Shown: positions 26,966-38,060 of the stretch, in pieces
Layout of the letters: each line of letters begins with the position of its first letter
How positions within the stretch are numbered: position 1 is the first letter of the stretch
Assembly (NCBI GenBank): GCA_039621445.1
Contig: CP154954.1
Coordinates: forward strand, 12,828,716-12,892,715
DNA length: 64,000 bases
DNA from: Euglena gracilis
Taxonomy: Eukaryota
Direction: 5' to 3'
Translations under genes and position numbers: made by a program
The notes under the pieces: generated by a model
The model's database searches: none
What the model was told of the DNA's origin: nothing
What the model saw: only the letters and a program-made list of their open reading frames with translations

Positions 26966-27686
26966 TTTTTGCGGACCACTCTGGCTGAACATCTCCGGAT
27001 TCATTCCAGAGGGGACGGAGGCGACCCCGGCATCACCCACGGAGGAGGAGCCCCCACCCAAGCAGGGTGGCCGGGGGGGCAAAGGAGTCCAAATCCAAGG
27101 AGACTAAAGAATCACAGGAAAAGCCCAAGGAGAAAGAGTCCAAAGACAAGCCGCACAAAAAGGTCAAAGACACATTCAAAAAGGGCGCTCGGGGGTCCGC
27201 CTCCTCGCAGCCAGCCCGACACTCCGAGTCGTCCCTGGAGCCGCCAGAGCGTGTGGCGCACAAGGAGTGGTGCAAAAGTTCTTGACAATGTTCATTGAGT
27301 CATTCATATATGCCTTCATCTTTATTCAATAATTATTCATATAATTACTTTTTATTATTGAGGAAATGTGTTTCCGCTTTGTTACCAAATTGCAAATTAC
27401 ACCTATTTTAAAAATGTCTTTCATTCAGGACTGAATGCTGTTTGGACATTTTCCTTGCTTGTTTCCTTTACAGAATGAGGACGACGAAAGGTTTTTCTGC
27501 AAAACTCCGGTTTCAGTCTGATGTTACTCTGTTACCAGCTTGCACCGCCTCTCTGGTGTCGCGGAAGCGGTCCGCCCTGGAGAACATCCAGGAGATGATG
27601 GTTGACGAGGACTGAGTGGCCAAGGCGGCTGCGGTGGCAGCAGGCGGCGGGTGCCGCCGGCGTGGGACAAACGTCATCGCACTGTG
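25946..27686 (+). pseudogene. ParB/Srx-fold gene, 5'-truncated duplicate
   Basis: Exon-like blocks DHDLSRGQVRRPCQEHVNDVITELKNNLP and GKWVILSGQHRFLAAAAIA...ERFQCKVVKENT (SGQHR at 26274-26288), then a K/E-rich exon; frameshifts present. Confidence 0.65.
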
Positions 27687-28874
27687 ACCCCAGAACCCCG
27701 GATCCCAGACACCAGACAACATCACACACGTACCCGCACCCCAAGCACACTCGTGTCGATCGTTTTGTTTCTGTGTCTCTTTGGCATGGCTACGGACATC
27801 GAGGGTGCCTGGGGGGCATGGTCGGATATTCACCTGAGTGCCTAGACAAGAACATAAATAAATACTCTGTTTTTGGGTTCTGCTTTAGGATGCGTAAAGA
27901 CTGACTGTTGAATGTTGTTATGACACAGTTTTACTTCTCTGGGCTGTTTCAAATTTCAGTGATTGTAATGTAATTTCCCATTCAGATGGTCAATGGTTCT
28001 TCTGATGTACACAATTTGTCACTTTTTTCTGGCCAAAAAACATTCTGTTGGGTTGAGGAAACGGAAAACCGCTTCTTTAACTTGTGTTTTTCACAACCAT
28101 TTCCTCGTCACCTCCAAATAACCGTCCACTTCGATCGAGGACAGAGGAGCAGAAGCTCTGTATTGTTCTGTGTTGTATTGCTTTGCATTCCACTTAGACT
28201 GTCTTAAGCCTTGTATGTCAATTATGTCCTTCCGATAATGCATACAATTACTGCTGAATTTGTCTCGTTTCTGTTACTTTTATAACTGTTCAGCATTTCC
28301 TTCTGAATGTAATATTGCTTGGTTGCAGTCGTACATCAATATTCCATTTTACACTATACATTTTCTGATGTTTTTGAAAGTGGTTTTCCGCTTCCTTTTT
28401 GTTTTGCGAAAAATGTATATGTTTTGTCCAGATTACATCAAATATTATTGCTTGTGTTCACTTTCTGTTGCACATCTCCAATTTTTGAAAGCGGAATGCG
28501 ATATTTACCGCTTCCTGTTTTCTTCTATTCTTCTATGTTTTTGCTTCTTTTCTTTTCTTCTATGTTTTTCTGTTTTCCCCTCCTTGCAGGGGCTTTGCAT
28601 TCTTTCCACGCCGATGACAGCAGAAACCAGGTGTGAATCTACAATTTCCTTTTTTTTTTGAATTTTCCCTACCGATTTCGTTCATTTTCATACAATTTGA
28701 AAAAAATGGGTCATTTCGAGTGTATTTTCGACTTTATAGGACTTTGGTACTGCAAGCCAAATATCCACTGAGATTGGACGAAATCGGGACCTCTTAAAGA
28801 AACTTCAAAAACTGTTTTTGGAAGCGGTTTTCCGCATCGTCTGCCGTTTACAGAGCGTCAGAAATTTTGGGCAA
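25946..28874 (+). repeat. Inverted repeat 2, left arm (~2.93 kb)
   Basis: Reverse complement of 31895-34834; near identical apart from small indels, e.g. in (TG)n at 26916-26962. Confidence 0.98.
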
Positions 28875-28889
28875 TTTACGCCGCCTAAG
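28869..28889 (-). mobile_element. Left TIR of the Academ-like element, preserved only at the end of the inverted copy
   Basis: rc = CTTAGGCGGCGTAAATTGCCC, 17/21 identical to the right TIR; followed by TCAAT (rc ATTGA, the TSD core) at 28890-28894. Confidence 0.8.
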
Positions 28890-30880
28890 TCAATACACTG
28901 GCTGAAAAAAAAACCCCAAGCAGATGGCTTTGGGCTTTTTTGTCTCCTTTCGGGTGCAGACCGGTCCCGACCGGCATCTGATTTCTGATTTGGACCCACC
29001 CCCCTGGACCCCCACCCTCCAGGGAGTCCAGCCAGCACTGTTTTTCCAGCTTTAACAACAACAAACCCAACTGTCAAATTTTCATGAATAGAATTTCTGG
29101 AAAAAATACTTGAAGGAAGGAAGATGCATCCAATTTATCCCCAGAGTTCAATTTTAGCCGATTTTGCCAGTTTACCATTTTTGCCACGGTGAGCCATATT
29201 TTCCAACAACTTTCAAATAATTTTGGCAAATTGAAATTGAAAACAAATTTACCCATCCTTCAAAACTTGCTCCATCTGAGCAATCCATCTTGGTGTTCTT
29301 GTGTTCCCACTCTATTACCACTCTATTACCACCAAGAAATGGCTTCAAGCAGCACTGTCTTGAGGGTTTACAAATCACATGCAAATTGTACCATCTCACC
29401 AAGGCTCCAGGCAAAAAAAAGAGATCTGCATCCCAGCCGGGGGAGCAGGTGGTGTCTGTAGAACGGGTGCTGGCTGGACCCTCCACGAAATGGTTCCTTT
29501 TCGGCTTAAGACTACCCCTACTTCAAGCACAAAACAAATGCTTTCTACATGACCCTGAGACAAATTGAGTTTTGTTGGCCACATCTCCTTTTTTTGGGTT
29601 TCTGAATATCAGAATGGAAGAAACCAGAGACCCAAATAGCTGCATTTTTTTTTCCAATCATATTTTTATCTTTGCATCCTCCTCAAAGCATCTTCTTGAC
29701 ACTTGACACATTTTCTGCTTCGCCCTGTGGAGGCTCTTCCTGATCAACAACGCCATTATTTTAACTTCATCGATATTCAGCAACACTTTACTCTGTTTCA
29801 AACACCAGCAGGCTTATTCCCTTCGCAAGATTAAACTTGCAGTGTCAACAAGGAATCAGAGAATGGGGAGGGGGAGAGGGAACAGAGCAGAAAAGCCTCA
29901 CACTCACTAACTACAAATCAGCTGAAAATATTCATATTTGGCGCTGGGGACACTTCCGCAACACGTGCAACACATGTTTCGCGCACCGCATGGTGCCGCA
30001 AATGCACCACGTGTGGCACTCCATGCCACCATGCTGCAGCCACCACAATAGGCCAAAAGAAATGGCTAAAAAACTGTTCAAATTTGAAAAATTGTGAAAT
30101 TGCAAAACAATGACCAAAATAGTGACCAATAGTAGCATCAGAAGTTGTTTAAATGGGAAACAACACCAAAAAAAAAGCAAAAAAACCAAAATTTGGCAAC
30201 AAACAGCCGAAGATGAAAAAGGAGTTTAAAAGCAGCCAAAGGTGGCCAAAATGAGTGATCCTTTCAACACTGTGCAGACGCTGTGACGTGGTGCACGCGG
30301 TGCCACACGAGGTGCGCGTGGTGTGGCAGCGTCCTCCCCCCGCCCTGGTCATAACCCCACCTACGGCGATCGGCCCTGGTTGGCTCCAGTCTGCCCTGGT
30401 CGGGCCGACTAGGCCAATGGTGCCCCCAAACAGCTTCACCTCTACGACGACAACAATTAAACTTCAGGAACAAAATTTCCAGGGGAAAAAAGACATGCAA
30501 CCGAAAAAAAAATGATTGTTGACCTGCATTTATTTCTGCAAATCACTCTCTGGTGGAAGCACTTGACAATGGCGTGCGGCAAACCCATGCAAAAAAAAAA
30601 ACGGTCGCTGAGTCTGCGTACTATTTTGCCATATATTACCAAATTGTGTGCAATCCATGCAACCATAAAAAGCACACCCATCCGTGGAGGTTGCTACCAC
30701 CCCAACCTTCGGCTAAACACGGCAGTCGCCTGCACGCCGCCCGAGCAGCTCTGGAGCCCGTCCACTCAACCCGCGCATCGGCACCGCAAGGCAGCGACAG
30801 AGTGGAGAGCATTTTGTTGAGAGTATGACTAACCTGGGGGCGGATGGAATGTTGCAAATGCTGTTGTAAGCCAGCAACCC
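28890..30880 (-). repeat. Old segmental duplicate X1 (inverted relative to 46150-47985)
   Basis: 29170-29400 vs rc 47440-47690; 29930-30250 vs rc 46825-47160; 30530-30860 vs rc 46170-46520. Confidence 0.88.
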
Positions 30881-31894
30881 AAAAAGCAAAGCTAATGGCA
30901 AAACAACTGAATCAGGGCGATGATAAATGAACCCCCCCGGGGGGGGTCCAGTTAAGAGGCAGGAAAATTTGGGCTGGGCTGGAAAAAAGCTGCTGGCTGA
31001 CGGTCCCAGGCTGGAGCTGAGCCTGGACAACTTTTTCCCGACCCATTTTCGCCGACTTCCGTACATCTAAAAGCCAAAATCTGTTAACGTTTCATTGATG
31101 AGGAGAAGGGGGTCCGGGGCTGGAAAAAGGCTGCAGGGAAAAGGCTGCTGGCTGGCTGGACCCTTCGGGGGGTCAAAATTCAAGACCCTTCGGGGGGTCA
31201 AAAAAGCAACGTCCTGAACTGAATTATAATGAAAAACAACTACAAATGAATTGAAAATTGTCATATTACCAGAAACAGAATTCGAAAAATGAAAAGCCAG
31301 AATACACAAATCAAAAAACTGCTTTTGAAGCAACAACAATGCTCCCCTCAACTCCTCCGCGAGCAGCCCCCCCCCGTCCGAGCTATTTCCACAATGGGAA
31401 GGGAATAGCTCACTGTTATAGCACTTTCATGAAGAAAATCTTAAAACAGTGCTCAAAATTGACCTTTTTTGGAAGGTTTCAAACATCACTTTTTGGCAAA
31501 TGTGCTTGGTATTGACCATTTTTTTTGCGAAAATCCAAAAAAAGTTGCCAAAAATAACACCTTTTTGGGCTTTCCCGCATCGGGGATGGGGAACATCAAC
31601 ACAACAAAGACATTTATTTTTCAAAATTGTTTCTTCAAAAAAAAGCAATCAATAAACACCAAAAATGCCGCAACAAAAGAACACGTGACGCAGATTTGAA
31701 AAATGATATTGTCGGTTTGCCCAATTGCATTCTTATGCAATTACTGCTGATGGAATTGGTCTAAAAAAACGCGTGCCCCCAAAAAAGTCGAAAATATGCA
31801 TTTTTTTAAAAATTATTACGATTTTGGATTCTGCAAAAAAAATGTAAACCATCGCAGTGTAAAAATTTGCACTCCCCCTTGGTGGGGGTTGGGG

Positions 31895-33806
31895 TTGCCC
31901 AAAATTTCTGACGCTCTGTAAACGGCAGACGATGCGGAAAACCGCTTCCAAAAACAGTTTTTGAAGTTTCTTTAAGAGGTCCCGATTTCGTCCAATCTCA
32001 GTGGATATTTGGCTTGCAGTACCAAAGTCCTATAAAGTCGAAAATACACTCGAAATGACCCATTTTTTTCAAATTGTATGAAAATGAACGAAATCGGTAG
32101 GGAAAATTCAAAAAAAAAAGGAAATTGTAGATTCACACCTGGTTTCTGCTGTCATCGGCGTGGAAAGAATGCAAAGCCCCTGCAAGGAGGGGAAAACAGA
32201 AAAACATAGAAGAAAAGAAAAGAAGCAAAAACATAGAAGAATAGAAGAAAACAGGAAGCGGTAAATATCGCATTCCGCTTTCAAAAATTGGAGATGTGCA
32301 ACAGAAAGTGAACACAAGCAATAATATTTGATGTAATCTGGACAAAACATATACATATTTTTCGCAAAACAAAAAGGAAGCGGAAAACCACTTTCAAAAA
32401 CATCAGAAAATGTATAGTGTAAAATGGAATATTGATGTACGACTGCAACCAAGCAATATTACATTCAGAAGGAAATGCTGAACAGTTATAAAAGTAACAG
32501 AAACGAGACAAATTCAGCAGTAATTGTATGCATTATCGGAAGGACATAATTGACATACAAGGCTTAAGACAGTCTAAGTGGAATGCAAAGCAATACAACA
32601 CAGAACAATACAGAGCTTCTGCTCCTCTGTCCTCGATCGAAGTGGACGGTTATTTGGAGGTGACGAGGAAATGGTTGTGAAAAACACAAGTTAAAGAAGC
32701 GGTTTTCCGTTTCCTCAACCCAACAGAATGTTTTTTGGCCAGAAAAAAGTGACAAATTGTGTACATCAGAAGAACCATTGACCATCTGAATGGGAAATTA
32801 CATTACAATCACTGAAATTTGAAACAGCCCAGAGAAGTAAAACTGTGTCATAACAACATTCAACAGTCAGTCTTTACGCATCCTAAAGCAGAACCCAAAA
32901 ACAGAGTATTTATTTATGTTCTTGTCTAGGCACTCAGGTGAATATCCGACCATGCCCCCCAGGCACCCTCGATGTCCGTAGCCATGCCAAAGAGACACAG
33001 AAACAAAACGATCGACACGAGTGTGCTTGGGGGTGCGGGTACGTGTGTGATGTTGTCTGGTGTCTGGGATCCGGGGTTCTGGGGTCACAGTGCGATGACG
33101 TTTGTCCCACGCCGGCGGCACCCGCCGCCTGCTGCCACCGCAGCCGCCTTGGCCACTCAGTCCTCGTCAACCATCATCTCCTGGATGTTCTCCAGGGCGG
33201 ACCGCTTCCGCGACACCAGAGAGGCGGTGCAAGCTGGTAACAGAGTAACATCAGACTGAAACCGGAGTTTTGCAGAAAAACCTTTCGTCGTCCTCATTCT
33301 GTAAAGGAAACAAGCAAGGAAAATGTCCAAACAGCATTCAGTCCTGAATGAAAGACATTTTTAAAATAGGTGTAATTTGCAATTTGGTAACAAAGCGGAA
33401 ACACATTTCCTCAATAATAAAAAGTAATTATATGAATAATTATTGAATAAAGATGAAGGCATATATGAATGACTCAATGAACATTGTCAAGAACTTTTGC
33501 ACCACTCCTTGTGCGCCACACGCTCTGGCGGCTCCAGGGACGACTCGGAGTGTCGGGCTGGCTGCGAGGAGGCGGACCCCCGAGCGCCCTTTTTGAATGT
33601 GTCTTTGACCTTTTTGTGCGGCTTGTCTTTGGACTCTTTCTCCTTGGGCTTTTCCTGTGATTCTTTAGTCTCCTTGGATTTGGACTCCTTTGCCCCCCCG
33701 GCCACCCTGCTTGGGTGGGGGCTCCTCCTCCGTGGGTGATGCCGGGGTCGCCTCCGTCCCCTCTGGAATGAATCCGGAGATGTTCAGCCAGAGTGGTCCG
33801 CAAAAA

Positions 33807-33869
<63 letters not shown>

Positions 33870-34834
33870 CAACAAACAAATTAAATATGCCAAACATTTG
33901 AAAAGAAAAAAGTATCAAGTGTAAGTTGTATAGCGGATTTGCATTTCTCAGTTAAAAAGAATCTACTGCTGCACCCACTCCGTCACCGGGAGCATGGCCT
34001 TCACCCAGGTCCCCTGAGAGGATGAAAACAACCACATCAGAATGAAATTGAAGCGGGGAAACATTTCAAATTATATTCTTGTCTATCAACGCATTACCAT
34101 AATGGACATTATTTTTGTCCATTTAGACATGTTTCTCATCCTCTGCAGGTATTATGATGCCAACACCAAGCACACCAGGACGCTATCCACCGTCTCCCAA
34201 CAGCCCGTCTTCTTGTAAACGGTCTTCAACAGCTCCGTCTTCATCGAGTTGTAGGGCACCCCATGTACTTCTCAGCGGCCTCCCGGTTGTAGGTGTCCTC
34301 CTTTAGGAGCCAGTGCAGGCGGTGCCAGCGTCATGTCCATCACATTCCCGTCCATGTCCTGCAGCCTGCCGGGCAGCTGCTGGCACTCCTGTGTGGGTGT
34401 TCTCCTTCACCACTTTGCACTGGAACCTCTCCGTGAAGGCCGGGGGCGCATCGGCGATCGCGGCGTCGGCGATGGCTGCCGCGGCCAGGAAACGATGTTG
34501 TCCACTCAGTATGACCCACTTCCCGGCAGCTGTGCAAAGGATGCCACAGAGAAATTTGCATTCACCCACCTTTACGCAAGCAGTGTATAAAAACAGGGGG
34601 GAAAATGAAGAAATATAAAAGTAATCCGAATCAGTTCTGCATATAATTTGGAGTGAGTGGAAATATCACCTCGGGAAAGCAGACAAAAACACAGGGAGGT
34701 AGGGTGGGCTCCTCTCTCCGGCCACCCAGTGAGCATCAGCTCCTGCGGGAGATTGTTCTTCAGCTCGGTGATGACGTCGTTGACGTGCTCCTGGCAAGGC
34801 CGACGGACCTGCCCCCTGCTCAGGTCATGGTCCA
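31895..34834 (-). repeat. Inverted repeat 2, right arm
   Basis: Reverse complement of 25946-28874. Confidence 0.98.
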
Positions 34835-35150
34835 CAACCAGCTGCCCGGCTGCAGGGTTACGTCAGTTCTTTCTGGATGAAAATATCCATTTTCCAAGTT
34901 GATGAAGCGTGCTTCCGTTTCGTTTTGAATCACAAATTATTTTTTTGCCTTGCATCGCAACAATAACTGAAACTTAAAGTTGACAACCATGACAATTCAA
35001 TTGAGCTTCGCATTTCTTTTGTTCAGCAGAAGTGCAGCAACCAATGTAATTTTGTTCCCTCTGCAGCCACATCTTCTCGTCCTCCAGCAGCTTCGGAACT
35101 GACTGTCCCTAGACGTCTCCCTTTGACAACTTCATTGGAGGAATGCGTAT
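33086..35150 (-). pseudogene. Multi-exon ParB/Sulfiredoxin-fold domain protein (frameshifted)
   Basis: Exons: VPKLLEDEKMWLQREQNYI (~35040-35110); QLVVDHDLSRGQVRRPCQEHVNDVITELKNNLPQELMLT (~34725-34870); GKWVILSGQHRFLAAAAIADAAIADAPPAFTERFQCKVVKENT (~34395-34530); RLHWLLKEDTY...KTELLKTVYKKTG; K/E-rich tail. Motif order matches the ParB N-terminal domain (Q-x-R, helix, GxxRxxA, closing beta strand). Confidence 0.65.
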
Positions 35151-35619
35151 TTGTCTGCGGGGACAAACAGAGGACAAATATGGACAAATATGGATATAAT
35201 CAACCAATCTCTATGAAATCAAGCTGAAATGAACATAATTTTTTCATTTATTTCGAAAAGGTGTTCTAAAATGCAGCCACGTAGCTTTTCCCCCCCACAT
35301 TTCCAGAGTTGTTTTCACACACACCCTACTTTTAAGTCATTTCCGAAACGCAGCCAAATAGCCTTTTTCCCCTACATTTCCAGTGTTGTTTTCACACACA
35401 CCCTATTTTTAAGTCATTTCCCGTACCAAACAGCACCGTCAGTAAAAAAAAAGAGGAATTTTTCTCACCGTGTTTCCTGCCAAGACTCAGTAGGTTCTTT
35501 TCGGCCTCTGCATTGGGTAGAAGTACGTCATCGTGTGAACCCAGCTTGACCCAAAAGTTGTAGCACGACAGACCACCTCCAAAAGTCACTGCACCAAGAT
35601 GCCAGTGACACACCACTGC

Positions 35620-38060
35620 TACTCTCCGGGTGGACCGTACAGGGACTCCGGCGGCTCGTATATGCTGCTACCCTCCTCCATCTCCCCCAGTGAGGCTAAA
35701 GACTCTGCCACCTCTCCAGCGTCGTTGTCACCGAAGTGGTTCTCCGCTTCCTACATGTCATGCAAGATATTTCCGCTTCATCAGTGGAGGCAGTGGTGGA
35801 ATTTCTCCTGCTTCAGCCGTGCTTCTTCTGTGTGCCAAGAAGGTGGAGATGGCCTCTTGTCTTTCCTGCAGAAATTCACACAACCAACGTTGTTCTTGAG
35901 CCACTCCTCCACGTCCGATGCGAGGCACTGCCCTCGGATGAGGGTCTGCAAAGAATGCCGCAGGACAGGCAGCAGCTGCTCAGTGGTCATACGTGTTGGA
36001 AGAGGTTCGGGTGCCATCCAGGTGGAGAAGTTCTCTGGGTCCAGCAGCCACTGCACGGTGGTGCTGTCCCTCTTTGGAAATGGACGTTCTCCGGGGCTTC
36101 CAACCAAGCCACGCACACGACGTGCCATCTCCTGTACCAACTGCCGCCAAAGGCTACCATGGCTGTGATGAGCCTCTCCGGAGGGGGCACCAAGGTTCAG
36201 GAACAGCTGTAGCGTAACGTCGAAGCTGGTCACGCGCGGGTTCCGCTGGCAGAGGACAGCCTCGACAGCATGACCTCGCAGCCGGGCAGCCGAGCAGCCG
36301 TCACATCCAGTCTTGCCAGACCAGCAGGGCGAGGGAGATGGTCCGCCGGTATTCCGAGGGCGGCCTTCCGGGAGTCATCAGTCGTTCCAGGTGCATCAGC
36401 AGCAGGAGGCATTTCTGCAGCACCAGACGAGTGGTGGTGCCCTTCACCTCGTCCTCCGGTCTCCCCCTCCAGGTACACTGTCGCACCTCGTGGCCCAGGT
36501 GCAGCAACGCTGGAGAACACCAGGATATTCCACAGCCTCTGCAACAGCTGGTACGGATGCAACCGGAGCATCTCCTGTTGTACAGCTCGCGTAGTCCCTG
36601 AGATTGTCAAGTCCGTCATTTGTGTAGTCAATTGTCAACTGAATTGCAGAAAATTTGTTATTCACATTCACAATTCACCGCCTAACAATCAAAGCAAGCG
36701 GAAGTCCACTTCACTGCGATTTTGTGCCACTCAGATCGGGGCATGACACACTCGCAAGACAACAGAAGGCTGGCAAACAGCTTCTCCATGTACAGCACTT
36801 TCTAATGGCTCCGCAGACTGCACGTCAGGTGGTGATCACCGGGGGACACTTCCAGGTGGGCCAGGACCGGGAAGAACGCCCGGTACACGATGGCCACCAT
36901 GTGCTTGTACGCGTGCCAGATACCGCACAGCAGGCCAGATAGCGGGACATGTAGTACCGTGATGCCGATGCGGAGTACAGCAGCTGCAGGCACTGGTTGT
37001 GGATGTTCTCATCCACCACGGAGTCTGGCGCCGAGTCAGGTGCTGCAGGGATTTGGCCGTCTGCAGCACAAGCAGGAGGTCCAGGTTGGCTGACACCACC
37101 TGCTCGGTCAGTGACAGTGGACGCCACTGTCACCGACATGCAGGGACCGCATGTCGGTCCGCCGACATCCAGCGGCACCCTGATCGTCTTCTCCGTCAGC
37201 TGCATCCATCGGATTCGACCCACGGCCTGGTGCAGCAGCGGCAACGCAGTACAGCAGGAGGAGGCCACAACTTCCAGGTTGCCGGTGAGCTCGCTCAGTT
37301 CTGGATGTCCTGGAGACACCGGGAAGCTCACGGAACGTGTCCTCATTCCCTGGCACAGCAACACGTTCTCCAGCTGCGGAAATCATCCCCAGTGAGTAGT
37401 ACATGTGTTACCTGCCAGGCAATCATTTAGCACCTCAGACCCAAAGATTACCATCAAATTATCATTTGTCGGCAATCCGCTTCATACTGCCAAATAGCAA
37501 AAATAAATCTTGTTTCTGTATTGCTAAACGTGATATGAAACTCATTTAAATATGGTGATTGTTCATACCCAACCTGTGATTGTATAAAGTACCCTGCACT
37601 GATCCGAAAGCCGTGAGGTTCTGGCTCAGGTTCGGCATCGTTGGGCCTGTTCCCCACCAGCAGCCAGCAGAAGTTGTCCAGCCAGAGGATGATTTGGTGG
37701 TTCCACAGGGAGGATGTTCCGCACATCCGCCGCTGCCCGGGCTGCCACCGGCTCCTCCGTGCGACCCACAATACCGGTGTGTCGCAGTGTTCCCTGCGTT
37801 CCTCTCGGAAGCAGCTGCAGCGTCCGCATGCTGGGAGTGTTCTGCGTCATCGTACTGGGGTCCGCGAAGGGCTGCGCCTGGCGATGCAACGTACACCACA
37901 CAGTGTACGTCCCAGTGGCCAACCACCGAGGATGGCGAGACACGACCGCAGGAAGACCTCCCGCACCGCGTCCACTGTGTGAACGCCGTGCATGGTGTGA
38001 ACGCCGATTCAGCACCATGCAGCACAGTGCCACTATGGCTTGGGCCCCTGCCCCTGTGTC
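35620..38060 (-). pseudogene. Academ/DUF6589-like DDE transposase, intron-containing and frameshifted
   Basis: Stitched across frames in order: IILWLDNF (~37670), IRVPLDV (~37170), VSANLDLLLVLQ, VVDENIHNQCLQLLYS (~37010), LCGIWHAYKHMVAIVYRAFFP (~36915), EYRRTISLALLVWQDW (~36330), GCEVMLSRL (~36275), acidic tail. This fits a D...D...GxxH...Y...E pattern. Further 5' exons may extend to ~39025. Confidence 0.6.

Noticed and set aside
31880-31896. TTGGGG telomere-like seed at the junction of inverted repeat 2
   Set aside because: At most two imperfect units, and similar GGGGTTGCCC motifs occur at ~17755 (rc) and ~63693, so it is more likely part of another repeat providing microhomology.
34490-34510. 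Bacterial DndB/DGQHR or plasmid parB horizontal insert
   Set aside because: The gene is split by spliceosomal-type introns and has no parA or dnd neighbours; only fold-level similarity is supported, so no gene symbol is given.
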